DNA of 64,000 nucleotides from Vicinamibacterales bacterium (GCA_040081715.1 JBEBFY010000008.1:9420-73419); one strand, 5' to 3'. Positions 35,952 to 45,882 are shown, counted from the first letter of the stretch. Made by a program: numbers and translations. The notes: generated by a model from the sequence alone, not told the origin.

Positions 35952-36728
35952 TTACTTGCATTTTCTTGCGATGTAGTCGCGAACGCCCTGCACCTGCAAT
36001 GCAAGAGCCGGGTCATCAGTCAGCGACGAGGCCTTCTCGGCATCGGCAATCGCACTGCTGCACTGTTTGTTGTCTGCATAGGCGATCGCGCGAGATGAGA
36101 AAAAGAAGGGAGCGCCGGGTACGATTTCGATCGCTTCCGTGAAGTCGGCAATCGCGGCATCAAGCCGGCCGAGATAGTACAGGGCGAAACCGCGGTTTGC
36201 GTGGGCGAGCGCCTCGCGTTGTCCGAGCCCGCCCAGCTGGACGGCTTTGTCGTAGTCAGCGACTGAGCGCTCGTACTGCGAGGCTCGCTCGGGCTCACTG
36301 GTGGCCAAGCCGGCTTTGACGCGTAGACTGTCCGCCCGGTCGCTGTAGGCGAGGCCGTAATCCGGCCGAAGCTCGATGACTCTCGTAAAGTCGGCGATGG
36401 CCGCATCGAGATGACTGAGAGACTGGTTCACGAAGCCGCGTTCTTCGTAAGCCACCGCCTCGCGCTGTCCGAACCCGCCTAGCGTGATCGCTCGGTCATA
36501 GTCGGCGAGCGCCCGCTCATGGAGGTGACGACGCTCAGAATCGCTGGCGCTCAGCTTAGCCTGCGCTCGGAGATTGCCGCCGCGGCTCGCGTAAGCGAAG
36601 GCATTGTCGGGCTGCATTCCAATCGCTGTGTCGAACGCCCGCAGAGCTTCGCTCAAGCGTCCCAGCCGAGTGAGCATCACACCTTTATTTCGGTGAGCTC
36701 TGGCATCGCGCGGTATGCCGGTGGCCAT
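35952..36728 (-). CDS. Tetratricopeptide repeat protein
   Basis: Six or more TPR units (A..Y.NRG.....LG....AI.DF..AI...P...). Confidence 0.85.
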   Translation of the reverse strand: MATGIPRDARAHRNKGVMLTRLGRLSEALRAFDTAIGMQPDNAFAYASRGGNLRAQAKLSASDSERRHLHERALADYDRAITLGGFGQREAVAYEERGFVNQSLSHLDAAIADFTRVIELRPDYGLAYSDRADSLRVKAGLATSEPERASQYERSVADYDKAVQLGGLGQREALAHANRGFALYYLGRLDAAIADFTEAIEIVPGAPFFFSSRAIAYADNKQCSSAIADAEKASSLTDDPALALQVQGVRDYIARKCK

Positions 36729-36792
36729 TTGCTGGACTCTCGTGAGCGCTCGCGGCCGCCTTCACGTGCCTCAGCTGCACCGCGATGACCGG

Positions 36793-37287
36793 CTACTTCG
36801 CCGGAGGCGTCGGCAACGGTTGGTCGGAGTTATAGGTATCGCGAACATACAACCACTTGCCGCTGACCCGGCGTGACACGGACAGATAGCTGCCGCTGTC
36901 GACCGATTTGCCCGATCCGTCCTGAACGGTGTACGAGCCCGCATTCCAGCCCCAGTCGCCGTTCACGTCCACGGTTTCGGCGCCGTTGACGAGCGTCAGA
37001 CCGGCGGACTTCGCATCGGCAGAATCCTGTGCGATGAACGCCCGGATTGCGGCTCTGCCACGCGCGACCGGCGCATGCGGTGGCATCAGCGCCGCATCCT
37101 CCGCATACAGCCCCGCGGCTGTGTCGGCGTCGCCTGCGTTGTACGCCTTAAACCACGTCGCGGTAATCTCTTTGAGCGCGGTTTGGTCAGCGGTTGTGTC
37201 CGCCGGCGCGGGCGCCTGAGATGCGCAGCCGCTCATCAGAAAGGCCCCGACGGCAAGAGCCAGAAGCTTGTTTGTCATGGTGGACAT
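36793..37287 (-). CDS. SnoaL-like/DUF4440 (NTF2 fold) lipoprotein
   Basis: Lipobox (LMSGCAS) followed by WFKAYNAGDADTAAGLYAEDAALMPPH...GKWLYVRDTYNSD. Confidence 0.7.
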   Translation of the reverse strand: MSTMTNKLLALAVGAFLMSGCASQAPAPADTTADQTALKEITATWFKAYNAGDADTAAGLYAEDAALMPPHAPVARGRAAIRAFIAQDSADAKSAGLTLVNGAETVDVNGDWGWNAGSYTVQDGSGKSVDSGSYLSVSRRVSGKWLYVRDTYNSDQPLPTPPAK

Positions 37288-37715
37288 GATACTGACACTC
37301 GGACGCAGAGGCAGTGGTCGGTCGCCTGCTCCGCTCAGGCCAGGAGTTGGGCGTATCGCTTACTTGATCCTCGCGCCGTGTCCCTGATTGATTTGTCTTG
37401 CTCGGCATAACGTCGTTTAGCTGGAATGCGCCAATTGGCCGGGCTCGGTGCGCGACGAGCTGCGCTCCTGGCCTACCGCGGCCACCACTCCGGCGCCATT
37501 GTCCATACTTTCTAGGGCCGGGATCGGCAGTTTGGGCAAACAGTTGCAGGAACGGGGCGGCAGATCGGATCAGTAATTCCCGCGTACGCCAATTGCTGGC
37601 GATGGGCGGGTTGGCGTGCCGCTTGCTCCTGGGTGAGGGGTGAGGAGCCTGGAGCGACCAGGTACGCACACTCTGCGAGGGCCTTGAACGGGGCCGGTCG
37701 CAGCCGCGGCCGCCG

Positions 37716-38402
37716 CTACTTCGCGAACTTCTGGAGGGCCGCCTTCCAGGCACCGACGGGACCTGGCGACCCGCCCATGCCCTCGAACAACAGTTGGCGG
37801 CTTTCGAGCGGCTTGCCGTAGAAGCGTTGCTGGGCGTCCTTGTCCTGCCGCAAGGTGCTGCCGCTGACCGAGATACCGGCGAATACACCGCGCGCACGCG
37901 AGTAGCTCAGGATCTCGGCGCGCATCTGGAGGTCCGTCGCGGCCTGGGCGTCGCGGCCGACCGGCCCTGCCGCCACGGAGGCGTCCGCGCCGAGCTTGAA
38001 CTGGTTCTTCACCAGTGTCTCCACGCCCTTGCGGTTGTTCACGATGAGCACCAGGTCGGATTCCTGGCCGCCGATCTGGAGGCCGAAGCTCACGCCCGTC
38101 AGCGTCAGGAACGCCGGCGATGACCAGCCGTCCTTGCCGCGCATGCTGATGATGCCGCGCCCGCGGGCTCCCCCGATGCCGAACGCGCCCTTCTTGGTGC
38201 CGGGGATGACGGCGATGGCCTCGGCCCGTCCGAGGATGGATTTCGGAATGGACTTGTCCTCGGCCGACATGATCTCGCTGAAGACCTCCGTGGCCGCGGC
38301 CACGCGCTTCGCTTCGTCGCTCTCCGCCTTCTGTGCACGCGGTGCGGCGACAAAAGTCACGAGCGCGAGGGTGGCGGCTGCGAGGAGTGTTCGTCTGGTC
38401 AT
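37716..38402 (-). CDS. SYLF (Ysc84/DUF500) lipid-binding domain protein, exported
   Basis: IPKSILGRAEAIAVIPGTKKGAFGIGGARGRGII...FGLQIGGQESDLVLIV...KLGADASVAAGPVGR. Confidence 0.8.
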   Translation of the reverse strand: MTRRTLLAAATLALVTFVAAPRAQKAESDEAKRVAAATEVFSEIMSAEDKSIPKSILGRAEAIAVIPGTKKGAFGIGGARGRGIISMRGKDGWSSPAFLTLTGVSFGLQIGGQESDLVLIVNNRKGVETLVKNQFKLGADASVAAGPVGRDAQAATDLQMRAEILSYSRARGVFAGISVSGSTLRQDKDAQQRFYGKPLESRQLLFEGMGGSPGPVGAWKAALQKFAK

Positions 38403-38447
38403 GCGGTCATGATAGCGCGCGGGAACAACAGGCCACCTGTTCGGCCG

Positions 38448-39710
38448 TCAGACGATCGGCGGGGCGGCGGCGCGGAAGTCACCACCCAGAATGGGCACGG
38501 ACGACGTGCCCAGCCAGTTCTCCAGCACACGGGCGTACACGGACCGGAAGTCTGTCTGGTAGGTCACGTCGCCGCCATTGTTCTCGAGCGTCGGGTTCTG
38601 GCCCGCGGGGTCGAGCGAGGCTGCGGTCCCATACAAACCTCCGCGCACGGCACCGCCCATCGCCATCATGATGCCGGCCGCGCCGTGGTCGGTGCCCGCG
38701 CTCCCGTTCTCCGAGATGCGCCGCCCGAACTCGGAAAACAGCAGCACCAGCGTGTTGGACAGCAGTCCCTGCCCGCGCAGGTCGTTGTAGAACGCCAGCA
38801 CGCCGTCATTCACGTTGCCCATGAGGTTCGCGTAGGCGCCGCCCCCGATGTTGCCTTGTGCCGCGTGCGTGTCGAAGCCGCCAGTCTGCACCCAGAAGAC
38901 GCGCGTGCCAGTGCCCCGCACCATCGCACCGGCTGCCGTCCGCAACGCGACCGAGAAACCGTTATTGGGATAGGTGACCGTGCCGGTGTAGCTGGCCACC
39001 GAGGCCACCCGATCAAGCGTCGCCATGGCACCCAGCGCCGCGCCGTTGACAAACGCCAGTTGTGGCTGGTTCGACGGGACGTAGCTGGACAGCCGGATCG
39101 CGGCGGCTCGTTCGTCCGCGGCGGCCGTGCCGCTGTTGGGGCTGGCGAAGCTGAACGCGCGCGCGTCCGGAATCGCCGGTACCCCCACGGTGCGCGACAC
39201 TAGCGCACGCGGTGTCTCCTGGGCCACGGCCCAGCCGGTCAGCGGGTCCACCGGCGCGGACAGCGTGCTCAGGTAGCGGCCCAGCCAGCCTTCGCCGCTT
39301 GGCGACCCCGGCGAGGCTGTACCCCAGATGTCGAGACCCAGGAAGTGCGAGCGGCTCGAGTTTGCATACCCCGTGCGCTGCACGACGGCCAGGTGGCCGG
39401 CGTCGAAGATCTGGCGCAGCCCGGTCAGGCGCGGGTGCAGCCCCAGGGCCTTGCCCGACGAGTCGCTGCCGATCTGCACGACCTGCCCGGCGGGAATGGC
39501 GATGTTCGGCCGGCGGCTGTAATAAAAGGCATCTGTGTAGGGCACGAGTGTGCTCAGCGCATCGTTGCCGCCGCTGAGATACAGCACGACCAGATTGCGG
39601 GACGCGGCGCCCTGCGCACGGGCGATGTCCGAGAGAAAGGCCGGGGCGGCCATGGTGACGGTAAAGGCCGATACGCCGTTGCGGATGAAGTTGCGTCTGG
39701 AAGTGTGCAT
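38448..39710 (-). CDS. DUF1501 domain protein (sulfatase/alkaline-phosphatase-like fold, Tat-exported)
   Basis: ATG at 39710 gives MHTSRRNFIRNGVSAFTV (twin-arginine). Family motifs are present (LSGGNDALS, GGFDTHA, SEFGRR..ENGS.GTDHG). Confidence 0.85.
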   Translation of the reverse strand: MHTSRRNFIRNGVSAFTVTMAAPAFLSDIARAQGAASRNLVVLYLSGGNDALSTLVPYTDAFYYSRRPNIAIPAGQVVQIGSDSSGKALGLHPRLTGLRQIFDAGHLAVVQRTGYANSSRSHFLGLDIWGTASPGSPSGEGWLGRYLSTLSAPVDPLTGWAVAQETPRALVSRTVGVPAIPDARAFSFASPNSGTAAADERAAAIRLSSYVPSNQPQLAFVNGAALGAMATLDRVASVASYTGTVTYPNNGFSVALRTAAGAMVRGTGTRVFWVQTGGFDTHAAQGNIGGGAYANLMGNVNDGVLAFYNDLRGQGLLSNTLVLLFSEFGRRISENGSAGTDHGAAGIMMAMGGAVRGGLYGTAASLDPAGQNPTLENNGGDVTYQTDFRSVYARVLENWLGTSSVPILGGDFRAAAPPIV

Positions 39711-39727
39711 GGGAGTCCCTGCCCGTC

Positions 39728-41209
39728 CTAGATGAACTGGTACTCGCCGCTGCCGGTGATGAGCCGTGTCAGACCAGCCGCCTTGGCGTTGAGCTGCGTG
39801 TCGGACCCCGTCCACGCCCCACCGGCGCGCAGATAGGCGGCCAGTTCCTGACGCTGGGTCGAGTCGAATGCCAGCGGGGTGTACCGCGCTAGGAAGTAGT
39901 CCAGCACGCCGTCTGGCGTGGCGCGGTAGGGTTGCGCATCACGCCCCAGCACGAAGCGCTGGTTGCCCGCAAGGCCGGCTGCGAAGTTCATGCGCGCCAG
40001 CATGGAGCCGGTGCCGAACCAGTCGGTACCAAGCGACCAGCCTGCCACATCGGGCGGCTCGAACAGCGTCTGCCCCATACCTGGCAGGGCGGCCCTGGCC
40101 GAATCGATCGAATAGCCGTTCCAGCCGACTTCCTTGATCGACTTCACGGCGTACTCCACCGGCCACGCGTAGCGCGCGTAATACGCGTCCGGGCTCTGGA
40201 ACCAAGCCGACCCCAGAATGTAACGCACCGTGGCGCGCATGCTGGTGTTGTTCTGCAGGTAGACGGACGCGACGTTGGCCACAAACGCCTCATCCGGCAC
40301 GACGGCCTCCGACACGAAGAAGCCCCACAGTTTTCGCGCCAGACGTCGTGCCGTTTCCGGATGGGTTGCGAGCGCATTGATGAGGTCGATGCCGTCCTGC
40401 TCTCCACCCGCCGCGGTGCGTGCCGGAATCGTCTTGTCGCCATTGGCGTAGATCGGAAACGTGAAGGTCTTGGCCGTGACATCGTGCTGACCGGCGTTGT
40501 AGAAGAACTCGTAGTACCCCAACGCGACGTCACGCAGCACACCGCTGGTGCGCAGGTTCCAGCCCGTGAAGACCCGGGCGGCGGCGTACACGTCCGGCTC
40601 GGTGTAGTTGCCCACGCCCCACGTGAACAGCTCCATGATCTCGCGACCGAAGTTCTCCTGCGGACGGGTACGCGTGTTGGTGCGGCCATCGAGAAAGACC
40701 ACCATGGCCGGGTCGCGGGCCACCGCCAGCAGCAGATCGCGGAAGTTGCCCAAGGCGTGCTGCCGGAACAGTTCGTACTGACCGGGCGGCCCAGGCACTT
40801 CGCCGGGCTTGCCCGCCATCATGCGCGCGCCCTGCGTCGCGCCCGCAAATCCCGCCACTTTCGAGTAGGTGGTGGCGAAGTGGTTGTGCCAGAAGAGCGC
40901 CATCTTTTCCTGGAGCGGGCGCTCGGTGTGCGTCATCCGGAACAGCCACCGCTGGCGCGAGTCGTTGATCACGGTGTTCGGGGCGTACTGACCACCCCGC
41001 GTCGTCACACCAAGATAGCCGTTGGTGCCCACCTTCGCGTCGATGTCGTCGGGCTGCCGCTCATAGTCGATGAGCTGGTCCACGGCCTGGTTGAACGACA
41101 GGCCGAAGTAGCCAACGCGCTCATCGGGGCTGGCCCCGAATCCGGCGCGCCGCAGGAGGTGATCAATCGGTCGAGTGCCAGCCATCTCGTGATGCTCCAC
41201 GCTCCCCAT
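39728..41209 (-). CDS. DUF1800 domain protein
   Basis: HLLRRAGFGASPDE...LFWHNHFAT...FLD...N....PNENFGREIMELFT.G are typical DUF1800 motifs. It lies 17 nt upstream of the DUF1501 gene. Confidence 0.85.
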   Translation of the reverse strand: MGSVEHHEMAGTRPIDHLLRRAGFGASPDERVGYFGLSFNQAVDQLIDYERQPDDIDAKVGTNGYLGVTTRGGQYAPNTVINDSRQRWLFRMTHTERPLQEKMALFWHNHFATTYSKVAGFAGATQGARMMAGKPGEVPGPPGQYELFRQHALGNFRDLLLAVARDPAMVVFLDGRTNTRTRPQENFGREIMELFTWGVGNYTEPDVYAAARVFTGWNLRTSGVLRDVALGYYEFFYNAGQHDVTAKTFTFPIYANGDKTIPARTAAGGEQDGIDLINALATHPETARRLARKLWGFFVSEAVVPDEAFVANVASVYLQNNTSMRATVRYILGSAWFQSPDAYYARYAWPVEYAVKSIKEVGWNGYSIDSARAALPGMGQTLFEPPDVAGWSLGTDWFGTGSMLARMNFAAGLAGNQRFVLGRDAQPYRATPDGVLDYFLARYTPLAFDSTQRQELAAYLRAGGAWTGSDTQLNAKAAGLTRLITGSGEYQFI

Positions 41210-41313
41210 CCAGAACGGGGTGCTGTACTACGGTAACCCGGCTACCTTTGCGAATTGTATGCCACCGGCAACTGGCGCCCCGCCCAGTGCAGGACCCCTG
41301 ACCGGGCCTCAGT

Positions 41314-41922
41314 GTGGCATCCACTCCGGACAGTTTCGAGGTCCTGATACCAGTCCCAGAAACCACGGATAATGGGCCCATGGCTCGGACATCCGGGGTG
41401 AAAGCGACCGCGAAGCGGGAATCTGCCAAGCCACGTTCCCGTGTGCGACGGCCGGCGGCACCGGCCGCCCGTGCCCGGTCAGCCCGGGCCAAGGCTTCGG
41501 CCGCGCCACGGCCCGCCAAGCCGGTGTCCGGCCTCGCACCAGGGATGCAGCCCATCAGCGCTTACCTGGCCGTGGCCAACGTCGGCGCCAGCGCCGCTTT
41601 CCTCGAAACCGCGCTCGGCTTCACGCGCGGCGTCGTGCTGGCCGAGGCCGGCGACGAACCACGCTACGCCGAAATGCGGCATGGGGCCTCGACCGTCGTG
41701 CTGGTCCGGAAGGCGGACGCGGCAAGCGCCACAGGCGGCGCAGCCGGGCTCTACACCTACGTAGATGACCTCGACCGGCAGCTCGCCGCGGCCCGCGAGG
41801 CTGGTGCGGGCGTGGATACGCCGGAAGACAAGCCCTGGGGCGACCGCGTCGCCACGGTCATCGACCCGGACGGGTACCGCTGGGTCCTGGCCACCTTCAA
41901 GAAGCTCGTCCCCTTTTCCTGA
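41314..41922 (+). CDS. VOC (glyoxalase/bleomycin-resistance) family protein with basic N-terminal extension
   Basis: C-terminal 120 aa: ISAYLAVANVGASAAFLETALGF...DKPWGDRVATVIDPDGYRWVLATF. The true start is uncertain; internal ATGs exist. Confidence 0.65.
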   Translation: MASTPDSFEVLIPVPETTDNGPMARTSGVKATAKRESAKPRSRVRRPAAPAARARSARAKASAAPRPAKPVSGLAPGMQPISAYLAVANVGASAAFLETALGFTRGVVLAEAGDEPRYAEMRHGASTVVLVRKADAASATGGAAGLYTYVDDLDRQLAAAREAGAGVDTPEDKPWGDRVATVIDPDGYRWVLATFKKLVPFS

Positions 41923-41952
41923 CTGCGCCTGAGTCACACCACGGAACACGCC

Positions 41953-42798
41953 ATGGACGCCGAACACGAAACCATCGCCTGCCAGCGCTTCTTCAACAGC
42001 CTCACGGAGCTGTGCGTGGTGCGGTCGATCAAGCTCTATCGCTTCAAGCTGGACCCGGTGCCGCGCGTGCCGGTGCTGCCCTGCCTCGATCACGAGGCCA
42101 TGCTGCATGACGGCATCCCCCGCCACGCCTCGGCCTACGTGGAAGAGCGTGCCTCGCACGACATTCACGAGGTGCTGTTCGTCCCAGCGGATTCGCTGAT
42201 CGAGCTCGATGTCGTCTCCACGGCGGAGGAGCACTCCCATCGCTCGCGCGAGCGCCTGATGGCCCAGCTCAAGGAGCGCTTCCCGAACTGCACGGTGCGC
42301 ACGAACAAGCCCTCCTTCCTGCGCGGCGACAAGCGCGTGATGCAGGCGTGCCGGGCGCAGGTATCCCTGCGGGAGATCCTCCGGAGCGAGGACTTCGACC
42401 GCCTGGAGGGCGCGCTGGAGCACATCCGGACGATTGCGTCGCTGATGGAGAAGGAATCGCGCGTGGCGTCCTGGGGCGTCCGGACGGTCACGACGCCGCT
42501 GCTGGCCGCCGTCGGCTTTATCGTCTTCGCGCTCGTCGGGGGCATGGGCGACACGCTCGGCGCCTTCACCGTGCGCGGCATCCAGGCGCTCGTCGTAGGC
42601 GCGCTGGGCGCCCTCTTTCTCTACTACGGCATCAAGGCGGTGCATCTGACGGAGATGGCCAACCGTCTGTGGAAGCGGGCGGCCGAGTACCACCTGATCG
42701 TCTCCGAGCGCCGGCGCATCAGCCAGAAGGGTCACAGCATGGACACCTCGGTCGGCGACGCCGTACCAGCCGGCATCATCAGGACGGACCGGAGCTGA
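41953..42798 (+). CDS. Hypothetical protein: about 170-aa soluble N-domain plus C-terminal two-TM hairpin
   Basis: No family recognised. TM helices at LLAAVGFIVFALVGG and IQALVVGALGALFLYYGI are followed by an amphipathic tail. Confidence 0.55.
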   Translation: MDAEHETIACQRFFNSLTELCVVRSIKLYRFKLDPVPRVPVLPCLDHEAMLHDGIPRHASAYVEERASHDIHEVLFVPADSLIELDVVSTAEEHSHRSRERLMAQLKERFPNCTVRTNKPSFLRGDKRVMQACRAQVSLREILRSEDFDRLEGALEHIRTIASLMEKESRVASWGVRTVTTPLLAAVGFIVFALVGGMGDTLGAFTVRGIQALVVGALGALFLYYGIKAVHLTEMANRLWKRAAEYHLIVSERRRISQKGHSMDTSVGDAVPAGIIRTDRS

Positions 42799-42812
42799 CG
42801 ACATCCGAGTGG

Positions 42813-43724
42813 TTGGTCGCGGCTGACGAGGCGGGGCTGCGGATCGACAAGTTCATCGCGGCGGCCTCCCGCCTGGGTTCACGGTCGCGGGCGGCGGATG
42901 CGCTCGTCAAGGGCAAGGTATTCCTCAACGACGCGGAGGTGGGCATCCCCGATGCCGCGCGTACGTTGGCCATCGGTGACCGTGTGCGCGTGTGGGCCGA
43001 CAGGCCCGGGAGTGCCCAGCGCAAGGGCCCCCACCGGGACGAGGTGCTCGACATCGTTTACGAGGACGCGGCCATCATCGCGGTGAACAAGCCCGCCGGG
43101 CTCCTCACCGTGCCGCTGGAGCGTCGCGAGCATGACCCGTCAGTGCTCTCTCTGCTGGCTGCCTCCCTGAAGAAGCGCGGGGCTCGCCCTCCGCTGGTGG
43201 TGCACCGCATCGACAGGGACACGTCGGGTCTTGTCCTCTTTGCGCGGACTCCCTCGGCGCAGGCCGACCTCAAGGCCCAGTTCAGACGGCGGGAGCCCGA
43301 GCGCGTGTACTGGGCGGTCGTGCACGGCAATCCGTCGCCAGCCGAGGGCGCGTGGCGTGACCACCTGACATGGGACGGCGACACGCTCCGGCAGGAAGAG
43401 ACGGACGAGGACGATCCGCGAGCCGCCGAGGCTGTCTCCCACTACGGGGTACTCGAACGGTTTCAGGACGCGGCGCTGGTCGAGGTGCGCCTCGTCACGG
43501 GCAAGCGGAACCAGATCCGCATCCAGGCGTCCCTGCATGGGCATCCGCTCGTGGGCGAACGCCAATATCTCGATGGCCCACCCGCGCGCCGCACGATCCT
43601 CTTCGACCGCCAGGCGTTGCACGCGCGTCGGCTGAACATCTCCCACCCGGTGACGGGCGAGTTCGTGAATCTGGAATGCGACCCGCCAGCAGACCTGGCG
43701 AGCCTGATCGCGCGTCTCCGGTAG
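42813..43724 (+). CDS. RluA/RluD family pseudouridine synthase (S4 domain + catalytic domain)
   Basis: RIDKFIA...VFLND... (S4), NKPAGLLTVP and HRIDRDTSGLVLFA (catalytic Asp motif). There is no in-frame ATG, so the start is assumed at TTG 42813 (CTG 42795 is possible). Confidence 0.8.
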   Translation: MVAADEAGLRIDKFIAAASRLGSRSRAADALVKGKVFLNDAEVGIPDAARTLAIGDRVRVWADRPGSAQRKGPHRDEVLDIVYEDAAIIAVNKPAGLLTVPLERREHDPSVLSLLAASLKKRGARPPLVVHRIDRDTSGLVLFARTPSAQADLKAQFRRREPERVYWAVVHGNPSPAEGAWRDHLTWDGDTLRQEETDEDDPRAAEAVSHYGVLERFQDAALVEVRLVTGKRNQIRIQASLHGHPLVGERQYLDGPPARRTILFDRQALHARRLNISHPVTGEFVNLECDPPADLASLIARLR

Positions 43725-43730
43725 GGCCGG

Positions 43731-44957
43731 CTATCCGAGGCGCTTCCAGGAAAATGCGGCGTCGGCCTTGTCGGGCTTGCCCTTCACGGCCCTGAGCAGG
43801 ATGCGCCCCGAGAGGAACGCGTCCGTCAGCGAATCACCGGAACTCCCAAGAGCCAGCAGGTGGTGCGGGAAGAACCGGTGCGGCCCGATGCAGGGCAACC
43901 CGTCGATGGTGTCGCCGTAGCTGGACGCCCACCCAAACTCCGGTTTCAGTCCGAAGATCGACTGATACATCAGCAGCGACTCGTACATCAGCTCGTTGGT
44001 GTTGTGTACGCAGAGGGCGTCGCGGAGCTTCTCGGCGGCCACCTTCTGGTCCCCACCGCTGATGAGGAGACGCCCATCGGCGGTCCAGCGTAGCCGCCGG
44101 GCCGGACTTTGCGCATTCACGAGCGCCATCGCCTCGGGGAACAGCCCCTTCCGCATCGCAGCCGTCAGCGGGGCCGTGAGCACGTGATACCGCTCCCGCA
44201 CCGCCACGTGGCGCTGGAGCTGCTTGGTTTCGGCCGTGGCCACGCCGGTCGTGATCACCACGTTGCCGGTGGTAATGGTGGCGTGCGGCGTCTTCACCTG
44301 CGCAGTCTTGCGGTCGAAGGTGATCTTCGTGACCTTCGTCTTCTCGAAGACACGCGCCTTGCTGGCTACGGCGGCGCGGATCATCCCCACGGTGGCCTTG
44401 TACGGGTCGACGAGCAGCGCGCCCTTCGTGCGCACGCCGCCATCCGCGTCCACGTGGACGGCACGTTGCACCCCCGTGCGTGAGAGCCAGGCCCCCTCCA
44501 GCCCGGCTTCGTGGCGGGCCTCGTAGTCCTTCTGAAGCAGGCGCTCACTCTCGCGCCATGGCACCGCGACAGTCTCGACGGGCACCGCGTTGCACTGAAT
44601 CTTCAGCTTCCTGAGGAGCGCGGCGCCGTCCAGCGCGGCGGCCGCCCAGGACTCGTAGGCCTGCCGGGCGTCCGTCAGGCCCAGCCGCTCAACGACATCA
44701 CGAAAGGGCTGTTCGGGCGCACTGGAGAGCACACCGGCGCTCCGTCCGCTCGCGCCCAGCCCGACGCGATCGGCCTCGAGCACCATCGTCTTGAGTCCGG
44801 CGGCCGCACACAGGTAGGCCGTCACGCTTCCCGTGAGGCCCGCGCCGACGACCACCACGTCCGCTGTGTATTCGCCTTTCGGCAGAGGCTCGAACCGAGG
44901 ACGGCGTGTGTCTGGAAACTGCTGAACCCAAGGGGAAACCCCGAACCGGATGCGCAT
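43731..44957 (-). CDS. FAD-dependent oxidoreductase (DAO family)
   Basis: ATG at 44957 is followed soon after by ADVVVVGAGLTGSVTAYLCAAAGLKTMVLEA (Rossmann fold). Confidence 0.75.
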   Translation of the reverse strand: MRIRFGVSPWVQQFPDTRRPRFEPLPKGEYTADVVVVGAGLTGSVTAYLCAAAGLKTMVLEADRVGLGASGRSAGVLSSAPEQPFRDVVERLGLTDARQAYESWAAAALDGAALLRKLKIQCNAVPVETVAVPWRESERLLQKDYEARHEAGLEGAWLSRTGVQRAVHVDADGGVRTKGALLVDPYKATVGMIRAAVASKARVFEKTKVTKITFDRKTAQVKTPHATITTGNVVITTGVATAETKQLQRHVAVRERYHVLTAPLTAAMRKGLFPEAMALVNAQSPARRLRWTADGRLLISGGDQKVAAEKLRDALCVHNTNELMYESLLMYQSIFGLKPEFGWASSYGDTIDGLPCIGPHRFFPHHLLALGSSGDSLTDAFLSGRILLRAVKGKPDKADAAFSWKRLG

Positions 44958-45201
44958 GGTCTGCGCAGTATGCCGAGACTTCCGCCGGATTGCCAAATGC
45001 CGGCCAGCGGGATGTGCTGATCGAGCAGGATCGGCGCCGCCAGAAGACCCGACTGTCCAGGTAGATTCCGCACTGATCGGTGCCATCCCCGATCTCGGAA
45101 ACCGCGACCTCGAAAGGCGACCCTTCACCCGAACCCCCGCAGTCACGTTGGGCACCGGTCTTGCTTTCCACATGGTCATCTTGAGTTAACCTTGTGGAGT
45201 C

Positions 45202-45447
45202 ATGAACGTGCAGATCAATGCCAAACAGCTCCGTGCGACTCTTCCGGACGTCGTGGCGCGGGTTCAGAAGGGTACCCGCTTTACCGTGGTGTATCGCAGC
45301 AGGGCGGCGTTTCAGATCGTGCCGATGGGCGCCCCGGACCGGACAACGGAGGCACTTACTGACGACCCCCTCTTCAAAGCGGGCCCCTTGGGCCGGTCAT
45401 CCGATGGCCGCCGGGCAGGGGACCACGACGACCTGCTGTACCGCTGA
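45202..45447 (+). CDS. Phd/YefM-type antitoxin
   Basis: MNVQINAKQLRATLPDVVARVQKGTRFTVVYRSRAAFQIVP. It lies directly upstream of the PIN toxin. Confidence 0.75.
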   Translation: MNVQINAKQLRATLPDVVARVQKGTRFTVVYRSRAAFQIVPMGAPDRTTEALTDDPLFKAGPLGRSSDGRRAGDHDDLLYR

Positions 45448-45882
45448 ATGAAGGCCATCTTCGTGGATACGGCCGGCTGGATGGCCTGCGCGGATGGGTC
45501 CGACGCCGCGCACGCACGGGCCTGCGTCGCCAGGGATGCCGCGCTTGAGGCTGGCCAGTTGCTCGTGACGTCCGACTACGTGGTGGACGAGACGCTGACG
45601 CTGCTGCGCTTGCGGCTGGGCATTGCCGTCGCCGAGCGCTGGTGGCACCAGGTAGACGCCAGTCAACGCGTGCAGTGGGAGCACATCGACGGCGTTCGGG
45701 CCGAGCGCGCCCGTGAGCTGTTCTTTCGCTATCGCGACAAGCGCTTCTCGTTCACGGATTGCACGAGCTTCGCGCTGATGCGGGAACTGCGGCTCACGAC
45801 GGTGCTGACCACCGACGCCCACTTCAAGCAGATGGGCTTCTCTTTGTGCCCCGGCCCGCGCGCCGCCCGCGGAAAGTCTTAA
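45448..45882 (+). CDS. vapC: PIN-domain toxin VapC
   Basis: IFVDTAGW...SDYVVDETLTLL...SFTDCTSFALMREL....VLTTDAHF carries the PIN acidic residues. The ATG immediately follows the antitoxin stop. Confidence 0.85.
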   Translation: MKAIFVDTAGWMACADGSDAAHARACVARDAALEAGQLLVTSDYVVDETLTLLRLRLGIAVAERWWHQVDASQRVQWEHIDGVRAERARELFFRYRDKRFSFTDCTSFALMRELRLTTVLTTDAHFKQMGFSLCPGPRAARGKS

